A DNA stretch of 64,000 bases from Promethearchaeota archaeon (GTDB lineage Archaea > Asgardarchaeota > Lokiarchaeia > Sigyniarchaeales > SOKP01): positions 64,001 to 128,000 of the forward strand of contig JAUVNS010000001.1 of NCBI GenBank assembly GCA_030599585.1, in the 5' to 3' direction. Shown here one piece after another: positions 39,805-49,300 of the stretch; the stretch's first letter is position 1; each line of letters begins with the position of its first letter. Both the position numbers and the translations under genes were made by a program. The notes below the pieces were generated by a model that had not been told where the DNA came from, did not search any database, and was given only the letters and a program-made list of their open reading frames with translations.

Positions 39805-41034
39805 TTAATAGCCTGAAGCTTGTTCGTATAACCTTCTTTTTTTCCTACTCGATCTAATCAATAGAGTAACACCGATTATTACTACCCCAACAATAGATAC
39901 TATAACAATAATAATAATTAGGTCAGTGAAAAGCAAGTCTGTTTCTAATACTGTTATTTTAACTTCGTAGTTAAAAGAGTAAGCGTCGTGATCTGATGCA
40001 ACTGGAGATGGGATAAAGGGGAATTCTGAGGCATAATCGTATCCAGAGGAGGCACCGGGTATAAAAAACCACGCGCCAATGTTTAAGTTAAATCTTCTGT
40101 AATCAATTTTTTTATAGGAACTTCCTATTTGAGGTTCACACGCAATCCATCCTATTTCAGGGATATAGTATTCGACCCAAGCATGTCCTAAAAAGTTTGA
40201 GCTCCCACTGGAGGCCGCGGTGAATGTGAAAACCTCTCCTACTGCAGGATTGAATTCATCTTCAGAGACAATGAAAAAACCGGCTACTTTTCTTGCTGGA
40301 ATCCCTTGAATTCGCAATAGTGTAACCATTAAAGTAGAATATTCACTACAATCTCCTTTTTTGTTGTCAAAGGCCCAAGAGGCTCCTTTTTCTTCAGCAG
40401 GAAGAGTTCCATCGTATACTAAGTAATTGGATACATTTTCACAAATTTTCCTAGCTTTTTCTAACGGGTTATCAGAAGGAAGTACGATGCGATTTGAGGC
40501 GGTGATTAAATCAGGATCGTTTATATCGTAATAAGTTTCTGTATTATTACAATATAAATTAAACATTTCATCAGATGTGTCATAGCTTCCTATATCAGTA
40601 TCTCCTATGTTGCCAAAAGCGATTTCGTTCAGCTTTATAAGATATTTTTGACTAAGTGTAATTGTTTCAGAAGTACTCATAGCAGTAACATTAAATAGAT
40701 CATAGGTATTGTTGAATTTATCATGTGACCCCATTATAAGCGTATCGTATCCAGTTATAGAATTGTACAAGAGTTGAGCTTCTTGATATGGTGGAGTATA
40801 TTGGGTTATTGACGAATTAGGTTGTCTATTATTCAAACGTACAACTTTAAAATAATAATTTTGCGGAGTTATTCTCGTATGAGTGAAAGTATAGTTTATG
40901 TCTACTTGATATGTAATTCCTTGGTTGATTGAATAATTAGATACACCGTCAGTAGAGCTAACTGCGAGCTCATTGGTGATATTTAACGGGAATAGAACAA
41001 TTAATACTATTAATACTAGTTTGAATGCTTTCAT
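39805..41034 (-). CDS. secreted transglutaminase-like protein with a C-terminal membrane anchor
   Basis: Signal peptide MKAFKLVLIV; GDCSEYS…GIPAR…HAWVE…GWIACEP; C-terminal TM plus RSSRKKRR. Confidence 0.85.
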   Translation of the reverse strand: MKAFKLVLIVLIVLFPLNITNELAVSSTDGVSNYSINQGITYQVDINYTFTHTRITPQNYYFKVVRLNNRQPNSSITQYTPPYQEAQLLYNSITGYDTLIMGSHDKFNNTYDLFNVTAMSTSETITLSQKYLIKLNEIAFGNIGDTDIGSYDTSDEMFNLYCNNTETYYDINDPDLITASNRIVLPSDNPLEKARKICENVSNYLVYDGTLPAEEKGASWAFDNKKGDCSEYSTLMVTLLRIQGIPARKVAGFFIVSEDEFNPAVGEVFTFTAASSGSSNFLGHAWVEYYIPEIGWIACEPQIGSSYKKIDYRRFNLNIGAWFFIPGASSGYDYASEFPFIPSPVASDHDAYSFNYEVKITVLETDLLFTDLIIIIVIVSIVGVVIIGVTLLIRSSRKKRRLYEQASGY

Positions 41035-41189
41035 GGTTGTGAGATCAATTAAATTATGTTTTGTATAGATATTATGAAAATCTCTATTTTTATTTGTTCT
41101 GGTATTTTTACTAAAGAAGAACATTATTAAGACAGAAATTTTATTATGTTAATAATTAAATTTTGAGCTACTACTAAGGGTAAGATACT

Positions 41190-41831
41190 ATTATCTACAA
41201 AATATTTCTAATTGATAGCGACAGTGGGATTTCACTTCTAGAAACTACTTTTAAGGAATTAAAATATAAAAACAATGGTAATAATGTTATACCCGGTTTT
41301 TTTAATGAAATAAATGAGATAATCGATAAAATTCAAGCTGCTATGGTTAAGGGTAAAAATAAAGATGATATGACTAGAATTGTCGAATCGGAAAATTCTA
41401 CAATTATTATTGTTTACCATCCTCCCTCAAGGATTTTATATTGCTCTATTTCTGATGCTGATGATGATATAGATAAATTAATTAATGTAATTCATAAAAT
41501 ATCTAGTAGGTTCTTTAAAAAACATCAATCGGACCTAGCATTATTTAGAACTACTTCAGAGAAATCGAGATTTCAGACGATTAAAACGGATATAGAAAAT
41601 ATATGTCAAGGGGGGCGTATAGCTGAAGTCTTTCCAAGATTACTCGTGGGCGAGAAAGTCTTGCCCAAAATCGTTTCAATGGGGATGATTGACGACGAGG
41701 ACCTTCAAGTTGCCTTGAAATGCACTGGAAAAACCTCACCCTTAAGAATAGCAAGGGAGTTAGCTAAATCTCGGAACGACGTAAATAGCATCTTAAAAAA
41801 ATTAGAACAGTTAGATATCGTTAATTTCTAA
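41190..41831 (+). CDS. longin-domain + winged-helix protein (probable non-canonical ATT/ATC start)
   Basis: Frame is open from 41184 (IIYKIFLIDSDSGISLLE…PGFFNEI), completing a longin fold; C-terminal PLRIARELAKSRNDVNSILKKLEQLDIV is HTH-like. Confidence 0.7.
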   Translation: MIYKIFLIDSDSGISLLETTFKELKYKNNGNNVIPGFFNEINEIIDKIQAAMVKGKNKDDMTRIVESENSTIIIVYHPPSRILYCSISDADDDIDKLINVIHKISSRFFKKHQSDLALFRTTSEKSRFQTIKTDIENICQGGRIAEVFPRLLVGEKVLPKIVSMGMIDDEDLQVALKCTGKTSPLRIARELAKSRNDVNSILKKLEQLDIVNF

Positions 41832-41992
41832 GGTCATTATCATTCTAATCCTTACCTTGAGGTATAAAGGTATTACTAATTAATTTATTTTGTAAGTTAA
41901 ACAATCTATAAATTCGATAGTAAATAGAAAAAAATAAAAGGTTGTTATATTTATCTAAATTACCTTAGAATCAATTATGTGATGTTTAGATT

Positions 41993-42607
41993 ATGGAGAG
42001 TAATAAAAAAATTGTAGCAATGGTAACTTCACCCGCGAAAGACGCTCATAAGCGAAAAGCGAAAGGATTTTCTTTAGGAGAAATACAAGAAGCGGGAAAA
42101 ACTGTTGAATTACTAAGAAAATTGAATGTTGATGTTGATTTTTTCAGAAAATCTAAACATGAAAACAATATTGAAAAACTTAGAACACTAAAAGATACAG
42201 GCAAAAAAGCGAAAAAGAAGAAGCCATACGAGGCTAAAGAGAAGAAAAGGACGCCTTTTAAACCAAGAGTTTCAAAACCAGAAAAGAAACCAGCTAAAAA
42301 AGTTGTAGCCGAGAAACCAGCTAAACCAACTAAAGCCGCTAAAAAGGCACCTGCTCCCAAAAAAGAGAAAGTTAAAAAAGAAGCAAAAGCTATAAAGAAA
42401 GAGCTTCCAAAAGCTGAAACAACAGCGTTAACTTCCCTTTCGGGCTTGGGTCCTGCCACTGCCAAAAAATTTGAAGAACTTGGAGTAAATTGTGCTGAAG
42501 AGCTTGTGAAAGAAGATCCTGCTGAGCTGGCTAAACTGATTAAAGGGGTTTCGGAAGAAAGAATTAAAAATTGGATTAAAGAATGTAAAGAATTACAACA
42601 AGAATAA
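41993..42607 (+). CDS. rpl13e: 50S ribosomal protein L13e-like domain fused to a Lys/Ala/Pro linker and a helix-hairpin-helix domain
   Basis: RKAKGFSLGEIQEAG…VD…RKSKHENNIEKL (L13e); LSGLGPATAKKFEELGV…IKGVSEERIKNW (HhH). Confidence 0.75.
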   Translation: MESNKKIVAMVTSPAKDAHKRKAKGFSLGEIQEAGKTVELLRKLNVDVDFFRKSKHENNIEKLRTLKDTGKKAKKKKPYEAKEKKRTPFKPRVSKPEKKPAKKVVAEKPAKPTKAAKKAPAPKKEKVKKEAKAIKKELPKAETTALTSLSGLGPATAKKFEELGVNCAEELVKEDPAELAKLIKGVSEERIKNWIKECKELQQE

Positions 42608-42741
42608 TCCTATTTGTATATTATAATCAAGTTCTCCTTTTTTGCATATTTTTATGGAAAATAAAGGTTTTTATTATTGTAAACTATTTTTTTGATATAT
42701 TAATATCATTTTTTAAATTTCCTAAGGAAATCAGTCTAATA

Positions 42742-43236
42742 ATGGAGTATAATTACTATACCTACGAAAAAAAGGAAGCTAACATAACAGTTCATAAATT
42801 AGCTAAATGGTTTATAGAAGAGAAGTTTGAAGGAGACATAAATGAAGGATATATCTCATTCCACTCTCAAAACGATTACGATGAGTTTTACGGTGCTAAT
42901 GCAAAAATGGAGATTCACTGGGAGAAAAAAGAGAGGGCCGGTTTTTTTCATGGAAAAGAAGTTCAAAATTCTATCGAGCTTTATAGTTCAATTGGATTTG
43001 TAATTATAAAGAAGGAGAGCGATTGGCTCCTTAGTCACGAATTTGTTACATGGTTCGGACAAAGAACTAAAATGATGAGGAAAAGATATTATCGAGAAAA
43101 ATGTATCCATGGTATATTCTATTGTGATGTTACTGAGCGTCTAATTAATATTCATGTTAATGTTATTGATAAGCATTTTGATAATTTTAAACCATTCGTC
43201 ATTAAATCTCTCAGCACCATTATATGTCACGAATGA
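42742..43236 (+). CDS. hypothetical protein (possible PsbP/Mog1/DcrB-like fold)
   Basis: 164-aa ORF; pattern ending GIFYC…RLINIHV…FKPFVIKSLSTIICHE. Confidence 0.6.
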   Translation: MEYNYYTYEKKEANITVHKLAKWFIEEKFEGDINEGYISFHSQNDYDEFYGANAKMEIHWEKKERAGFFHGKEVQNSIELYSSIGFVIIKKESDWLLSHEFVTWFGQRTKMMRKRYYREKCIHGIFYCDVTERLINIHVNVIDKHFDNFKPFVIKSLSTIICHE

Positions 43237-43262
43237 AGTAAATTATTATTGTTATAGCTTTT

Positions 43263-44012
43263 TTACCTTCTCGCTCTTTTTTTGGCCAAAATAAAAAAAT
43301 TGTCTTTTTTATTAGGACCTCCTCTCTTCTTCATTTCCATAATTATATACATTTGTAACAATTTTTTCAATTCTTTACGCGAAAAGAAGTGATAAAATCG
43401 ATTGTAAGTCAAATTCTCTTTTGAAATTGTCCAAGGGACAAATTTGTCTCCAAAATCCTCTAACCCAAGCTTGTTTTGAGTCATCCTATAGTGAGAACTA
43501 TACAATCTTTTGAACCAATCGCGAACGAAATAATAACGATATTTTTTTTGATATTTTCTCCAAAGGGTTAAAAAAAATAATCCATTATCTTTTAAAATTG
43601 CGTATATTTGCTTTACAACGTGATTACGACTCTGGATGTTTTTAATATGGTGGATAGCTGCGATAGAAAAGATATTATCTATTGCTTCTGGTCGGATTGG
43701 TATAGCGTTGATATCGCTTTGGATTAGTTCTATTGATCTCCGTTCTTTCATTGTATAATTATGTCCCGTTTTTAATCTATTGCGAGTTATTTTCAGAAAT
43801 TCTATGGAATTATCAATACCGATAAGTTTAATGTCAGACTGTAAGAAAATTTTAAAATTTCGCCCATTAGCACATCCTAAATCAATATTGTATCCATTAA
43901 AGGATACATCTTTTTGAATGAGCTCATCAAAAAACAATTTAAAATCCTTCCATGGATAAAATCGTTTTTTATGATAATCGAGTGCCAAAATATCGTAAAT
44001 TTTCTTACTCAT
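43263..44012 (-). CDS. class I SAM-dependent methyltransferase, Trm9/ALKBH8-like
   Basis: IDLGCANGRN, GIDNS, SIAAIHHI, DKFVPW…RFYHFFSRKEL. Confidence 0.8.
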   Translation of the reverse strand: MSKKIYDILALDYHKKRFYPWKDFKLFFDELIQKDVSFNGYNIDLGCANGRNFKIFLQSDIKLIGIDNSIEFLKITRNRLKTGHNYTMKERRSIELIQSDINAIPIRPEAIDNIFSIAAIHHIKNIQSRNHVVKQIYAILKDNGLFFLTLWRKYQKKYRYYFVRDWFKRLYSSHYRMTQNKLGLEDFGDKFVPWTISKENLTYNRFYHFFSRKELKKLLQMYIIMEMKKRGGPNKKDNFFILAKKRARR

Positions 44013-44112
44013 TGTTCGAAGTAATTTAATTTAATGTAAATTTATTTGTAATTAGTACTTTTAATTCAGATATTATTAAATATTTATAAGCACCGTAGAT
44101 TGGGGGATAATA

Positions 44113-45693
44113 ATGAATGAAATAGTGAACACTGTAAACAATATAGTAGATTTCTTGAACGATGATGTCTATAATTTATATAGGATTTATGAGTCTTATG
44201 TACGAGATCTCATTATTTCTAAAAACGTAAATATTTCAGCGATCATCGATAACGAAACGGAAGAAGAGATAAATGATACGATATTTCAAATTATATCTGC
44301 TACAAATTCTGCGTTCGTGACGATTGGAGTATCTAAAAATAAAATTATGTCTAATCAAGACCTATTCCAAAATGACTTTTTAAGTAAGAGAGATATTTTT
44401 ACAAATTATCTTTCATTTTTACAAGTTGGATTAAAAGAATACATCAATAAACATCTATTCGTAATAATTATAGAGTATATAATCGATGCTGAGGATAAAA
44501 TCCTTGAAAATTTGGATTTATTTGATTTATTACCTAGAAATTTCCTTAGCAACTTAAGAATCCTCAGAAAGAAATATGCGATATCTGAAGAGAGTAAGAA
44601 AAGATTTAACATTTTTTATAATGAAATTGATACTTATTTCAATCCGTCAAATTTAACATTTAAGAAATTTGATTTTGAAATTCAAGAACTTAAAGAAGAT
44701 TTATCTGAAGACGCTATCTTAAAACGCTTACAAGAAGCTCGCGTGGATAATATAGAGGCTCTCCAGCAACCCACACATCGAGAGCGGGGAGAAGGTAGTG
44801 CGTCTCAAATCGAATCCCAATCGCTTTTATCTAATTTTTTAGATTTTCCCGCTGTAAGCCACTCAATATTAGAAAAGATTAAAGTTGACGTAAAGCAGTT
44901 AATAAATTTTGTTAATTCCTCACCAGAATTTTTAGATTTAGAGAATCTCTTTTATAGCATTAATATTATTAAAATGTTAGGACTAAGAAATCAGCTCGAA
45001 CCGGGATACATTAAAAAAATCATGAGTAATTACATAAATGGAGGAGTCTTCAGCACAGGAAGGTATCACATTCCGAATCCGATGAGTGTTTTTTATGGAT
45101 TGTCAATTCTTCACGAATTAGATATGTTAAATGGTGAAATTATTGATCTATTAAATATAGAAATGTTCCTTGAAAATGAATTAAATAATTTTGTTCCTGA
45201 GAATATAATTCTACACTTTTTTACAATCCTATGCTTTAAGATGCTAGAAAAAACGGGAGGAATTATAACGGACAAGAAATATTTAATGGCACCGCTTGCA
45301 AAAGTAGATGTATTTAATTTGGAAGGATTTAAACCAGCTTCAGAAATTTTCTATTTTCTAGGACTTCTAAGTTTATTAGATAAGAATGTTAGTTTCAGCA
45401 ATTTTAGAGAACCTTATTTGAGTACGCTTAAAAATAAAATATCGTCTGACGGTTCTCTTAATGAAAACATTACAGAAACTGCTAGAGCGTTGTTGAGTTT
45501 ACAATTATTAGGTTTACAGGATAAAGAATTGAATATCATTTCGGGATTTTTAAATTTCTTGAATCAAAATGTAAATATGTTTAAAGATGAAAGTAATTTT
45601 ACTGAATTCGATTGGAAAAATAATAAGATTGCTTTTAAAATAGAACTACGGATGCTTTTTTGGGTATTACTTGCATTTTCTCAGTATTTCTAG
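44113..45693 (+). CDS. hypothetical all-alpha protein (C-terminal half prenyltransferase/alpha-alpha-toroid-like)
   Basis: 526 aa; GGVFS…SVFYGLSILHEL, SDGSL…TARALLSLQLLG. Confidence 0.6.
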   Translation: MNEIVNTVNNIVDFLNDDVYNLYRIYESYVRDLIISKNVNISAIIDNETEEEINDTIFQIISATNSAFVTIGVSKNKIMSNQDLFQNDFLSKRDIFTNYLSFLQVGLKEYINKHLFVIIIEYIIDAEDKILENLDLFDLLPRNFLSNLRILRKKYAISEESKKRFNIFYNEIDTYFNPSNLTFKKFDFEIQELKEDLSEDAILKRLQEARVDNIEALQQPTHRERGEGSASQIESQSLLSNFLDFPAVSHSILEKIKVDVKQLINFVNSSPEFLDLENLFYSINIIKMLGLRNQLEPGYIKKIMSNYINGGVFSTGRYHIPNPMSVFYGLSILHELDMLNGEIIDLLNIEMFLENELNNFVPENIILHFFTILCFKMLEKTGGIITDKKYLMAPLAKVDVFNLEGFKPASEIFYFLGLLSLLDKNVSFSNFREPYLSTLKNKISSDGSLNENITETARALLSLQLLGLQDKELNIISGFLNFLNQNVNMFKDESNFTEFDWKNNKIAFKIELRMLFWVLLAFSQYF

Positions 45694-45708
45694 TGTAGTT
45701 TAAAAAAT

Positions 45709-46320
45709 TTATTCTAAATTAAAAATAGTCATGATAAAATTCCTCGCTGAGGGTATAATCTGTTTATTTTTAACGCTATTATTCCATTTTTTAATTAATT
45801 GATTATTTTTCGATAAATCTTGTATGACTTTACGACCTAATTTAATCCATTGTTCTAAATTAATAGTTGGATATTCTTCACTTATACCTCTGCAATATTG
45901 AATCCCCTTATCAGTGTAAAATATGTTGATCTCGCTTGTTTTCTTATCTTTGCCTTTTTGAATTGTAAATGTAAAAGGAAAAGTCCTACAAAATCCGGGT
46001 CTAAAAGAATAAATAGAACATCTCTCTTTAGCTTCATCGTAAAAAAAACATTTCCCATTTAATCTCTTTTTCAAACCAGTAAATGCCATTCCTCTTTCAG
46101 TTTGTATAGGTGGAACCACCATTCGATCTATTTCTTTTTCAGAGGGCGCCTGATCAAATACATAAAAGCCTAGAATTTCAAGTACTTCATCGATAGTTAG
46201 ATTTAATCCATTCTTTATTCGAAGAACATCTATGTATGTCGTATTTACAAGCGTATTTAAATCGGTACAACAGTGACCACAGTGTACACATTCAAACTTA
46301 AAGTTATTATTAATACCCAT
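45709..46320 (-). CDS. YkgJ family cysteine-cluster protein
   Basis: FECVHCGHCC…CFFY…CSIYSFRPGFCRTFPF. Confidence 0.88.
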   Translation of the reverse strand: MGINNNFKFECVHCGHCCTDLNTLVNTTYIDVLRIKNGLNLTIDEVLEILGFYVFDQAPSEKEIDRMVVPPIQTERGMAFTGLKKRLNGKCFFYDEAKERCSIYSFRPGFCRTFPFTFTIQKGKDKKTSEINIFYTDKGIQYCRGISEEYPTINLEQWIKLGRKVIQDLSKNNQLIKKWNNSVKNKQIIPSARNFIMTIFNLE

Positions 46321-46356
46321 AAGTAGCTAATAGAATGCGAAAAAAGTAATAAATAT

Positions 46357-49300
46357 TTATTTATTTGATGGTATAATAATTTGCTTGTTTATGAGAGTTT
46401 CTATTGCATCTATTATGAGATCTTGATTTTTTTCGTGTACCACTTCAAATATAGTCTCCAGATGAAATTCCTGCTTATTCTTAGCGATCGAGTATATTAC
46501 ATTTAAGATTCGTGTTTCCATCGAATTTAACTCGCTTTCTTTTCTTAATCTTGCAATAAACTTAGCATCGTTGATTTTAAAAGCGTCTTTATAATATAAC
46601 TCTACATATTTTGTTATGATAGGAGGTAATTGTGCTTCAAACTCATGAATTGCTCCGTCCCAGCTTTCTATTAGCTGTGAAAGATCGAACATGATTCCAA
46701 GAGACAAATCTGATATCAATTTCTTCAATCGGTCTGAAGCTTTTTCATTGAGTAAAAAAATCATTCGTAAATCTTGTCGGTCACAGATTAGGCAATAAAA
46801 ATATTTAAAATCTAATTCTAAAATCGTCCTACTACCATCCGAGTCATCAAGATTGGTTGAATCACCATCGACTTCCCTTTTACCTACCATTTCTTCTCCA
46901 ACTGTAATAATAGCTTGGATGAAGCCTGAAAAAAGTTCTTTTTTGTGCTTCTCTAAAATAGAATAACTTTTTGAATAGAGTGGAATGCCGCTATACCTGT
47001 GTATGGCCACAATAGCTTGAATGTTCTGGATATCTTTGAATCTTTGGGTTTTTGACAGTAAATCTGCTTCTTTTCTCCTTCTTCGTGGTAAAATCACGTA
47101 AGATCTCAAGCTTAATATTCCTAAAACACTTATAATCGCCACTGCAATAAAGAATATAATAAACATTAATAACACAGGAAATTCTGGTTCGCCAATTACC
47201 AAGAGAAATGAAGATTGCATCGATTTATAAAGAACATTTTCTGTTGAAATAATTAAAGACACCTTAAAACTTCCATGGATATTTTCTGGGATCTCAAGTT
47301 CAATTTCATAAATTCCATTTCCTACTTCTTCAAAATTACCTAATCCAAAGTCCCACGAATACGAGATTGTAGTATTCTCAATAGAAATGGCTGAAATAAG
47401 TTCAGTTAAATTAATTCTAATGACTAAAGAATTTCCAGCAAGACTTTCAATTGAATCTTGAAAATCAATAGTATCAACTTTCATTTCTATTTGATTAACT
47501 AAAATCTGAAAGTAAAAGGTTGAGGATGTGTAATTCGGATGTAGAAACCTAACATAAACAGAATTAATCCCCAAATCGAAATTAGCAAGATCACATACAA
47601 CAGATGTGTTATACCAATAGTTAGCAGTTTGAGTAAAATCTTGATTATAACTACCAATAGCAATAATGGCACTACCACCATCAAGAAAAACTTTTTCTAC
47701 ATTTGCGAGAGCTCTTATTGATAGAGAGAATACGTCATAATATGTGATTTGAATTAAACTATTCGCATCAATTTCTTGTGAATCTATATATAACGACAAA
47801 TTAACTGTTTCAGCGGTTATAAAAAATTGGAATGAAAAATAAGCTTCAGAATAATTAGCTTGCTCAAATTTAACAGATACAGTATTGATTCCTAATTCAA
47901 AGTTAGCTCCATCTATTACAATATCTGTAGAAAACCACGTGAGATAAGTTACATTTTCATTAATGTTAAAAGAAAACATTTCACCTATTATGGTTATATT
48001 TCCTCCGGAAAGAAAAATACCCTCTCCCATAGCATATGCTTGTGCAGCAATTGTTATATTCTCCTTAAGCATTACTTCAATTAGAGCGTTTTCGAGGATA
48101 GATTGACTATTGATTGATACGTTAAGTTGGACTGATTGTTCTCTAACTAATAATTGAAATGAAAAGTATGTTGTTGTATAATTTTGCTTTTCGAATTTAA
48201 TTGAAACGGTATTAATCCCTGAACTGAAATTTATCGCTGAAAAAGTTAAGGATAAATTATACCAATTGGCTCCATATTCAATGAAATTTGTAATATAAAA
48301 TTCGCTATTCCAAGAAATGTAAGCCTCATCAATGTAATTCGAATCAATCTCACCATAGACTCTCGCAGAGATTGTTATATTTTGTTTAAACATTACTTCA
48401 ACTAACTGATCTTCTGCAATTTGTTGAGAATTCAAGTATAATGAAAAATCGACCGATTGTTCTTCTACAAGTAGTTGAAAATAAAAGATTTCGTGTTGGA
48501 AATTATCTTTTATGAATTCTATTGCTATACTGTTTAATCCTGGAGTATAATTTGATGGCACTATTTGAATTGATGTATTATACCAATCTGCTCCTACCTC
48601 AATTAGAGTTCTATCTTGATCTCCACCTTGCCAAGTTATTAACGCTCCATTTACATAATCTGCTTCAATTGTTGCGAATGCTTTTGCTGAAATAGTAATG
48701 CTTTCCATATACATTATTTCAACTATCTCATTCTCCAAAATTGGTTGAGAATTGATAAATACAGACAGATCGACTGGTTGCTCATATACTAACAATTGGA
48801 AATAGAATATATCGGTTTGATATTTATCCATTTCAAACTGTATCCCAATTAAATTTAATCCAGGTGAGTAAATTGATGGATTAAATTGAATGGAAGTATT
48901 ATACCAAAAATTAGAATATTCGTTTAATGTCTGTTCATAACTATTGATTTTCCACGAGAAATTTCCTCCCGTTAAAAGATTGTCATCAATCAAGGCTCTA
49001 GCTTGAGTAGAGATGTTTATCTCTTCCATAAATATAACTTCAATTATTGAATTTCGATAAATTTCTACATTATCAATATAAGCAGTGATATTGACACTCT
49101 GTTCTACAATCTCAAATTGATATATGTGCGTTTGAGGTTCAAAAGAAGGAGCAGAAAAATTGAAGTTAAGCTGTTTTATACCTAAGTTATTAGTAAATGA
49201 AGTATCAAATTCAATATTATAATAACCACCCGGTAAATTTTCAATGCTATATAGGTCAGGATTTGATATATTAACACCTACAGTCGCTCCATCAATTCCT

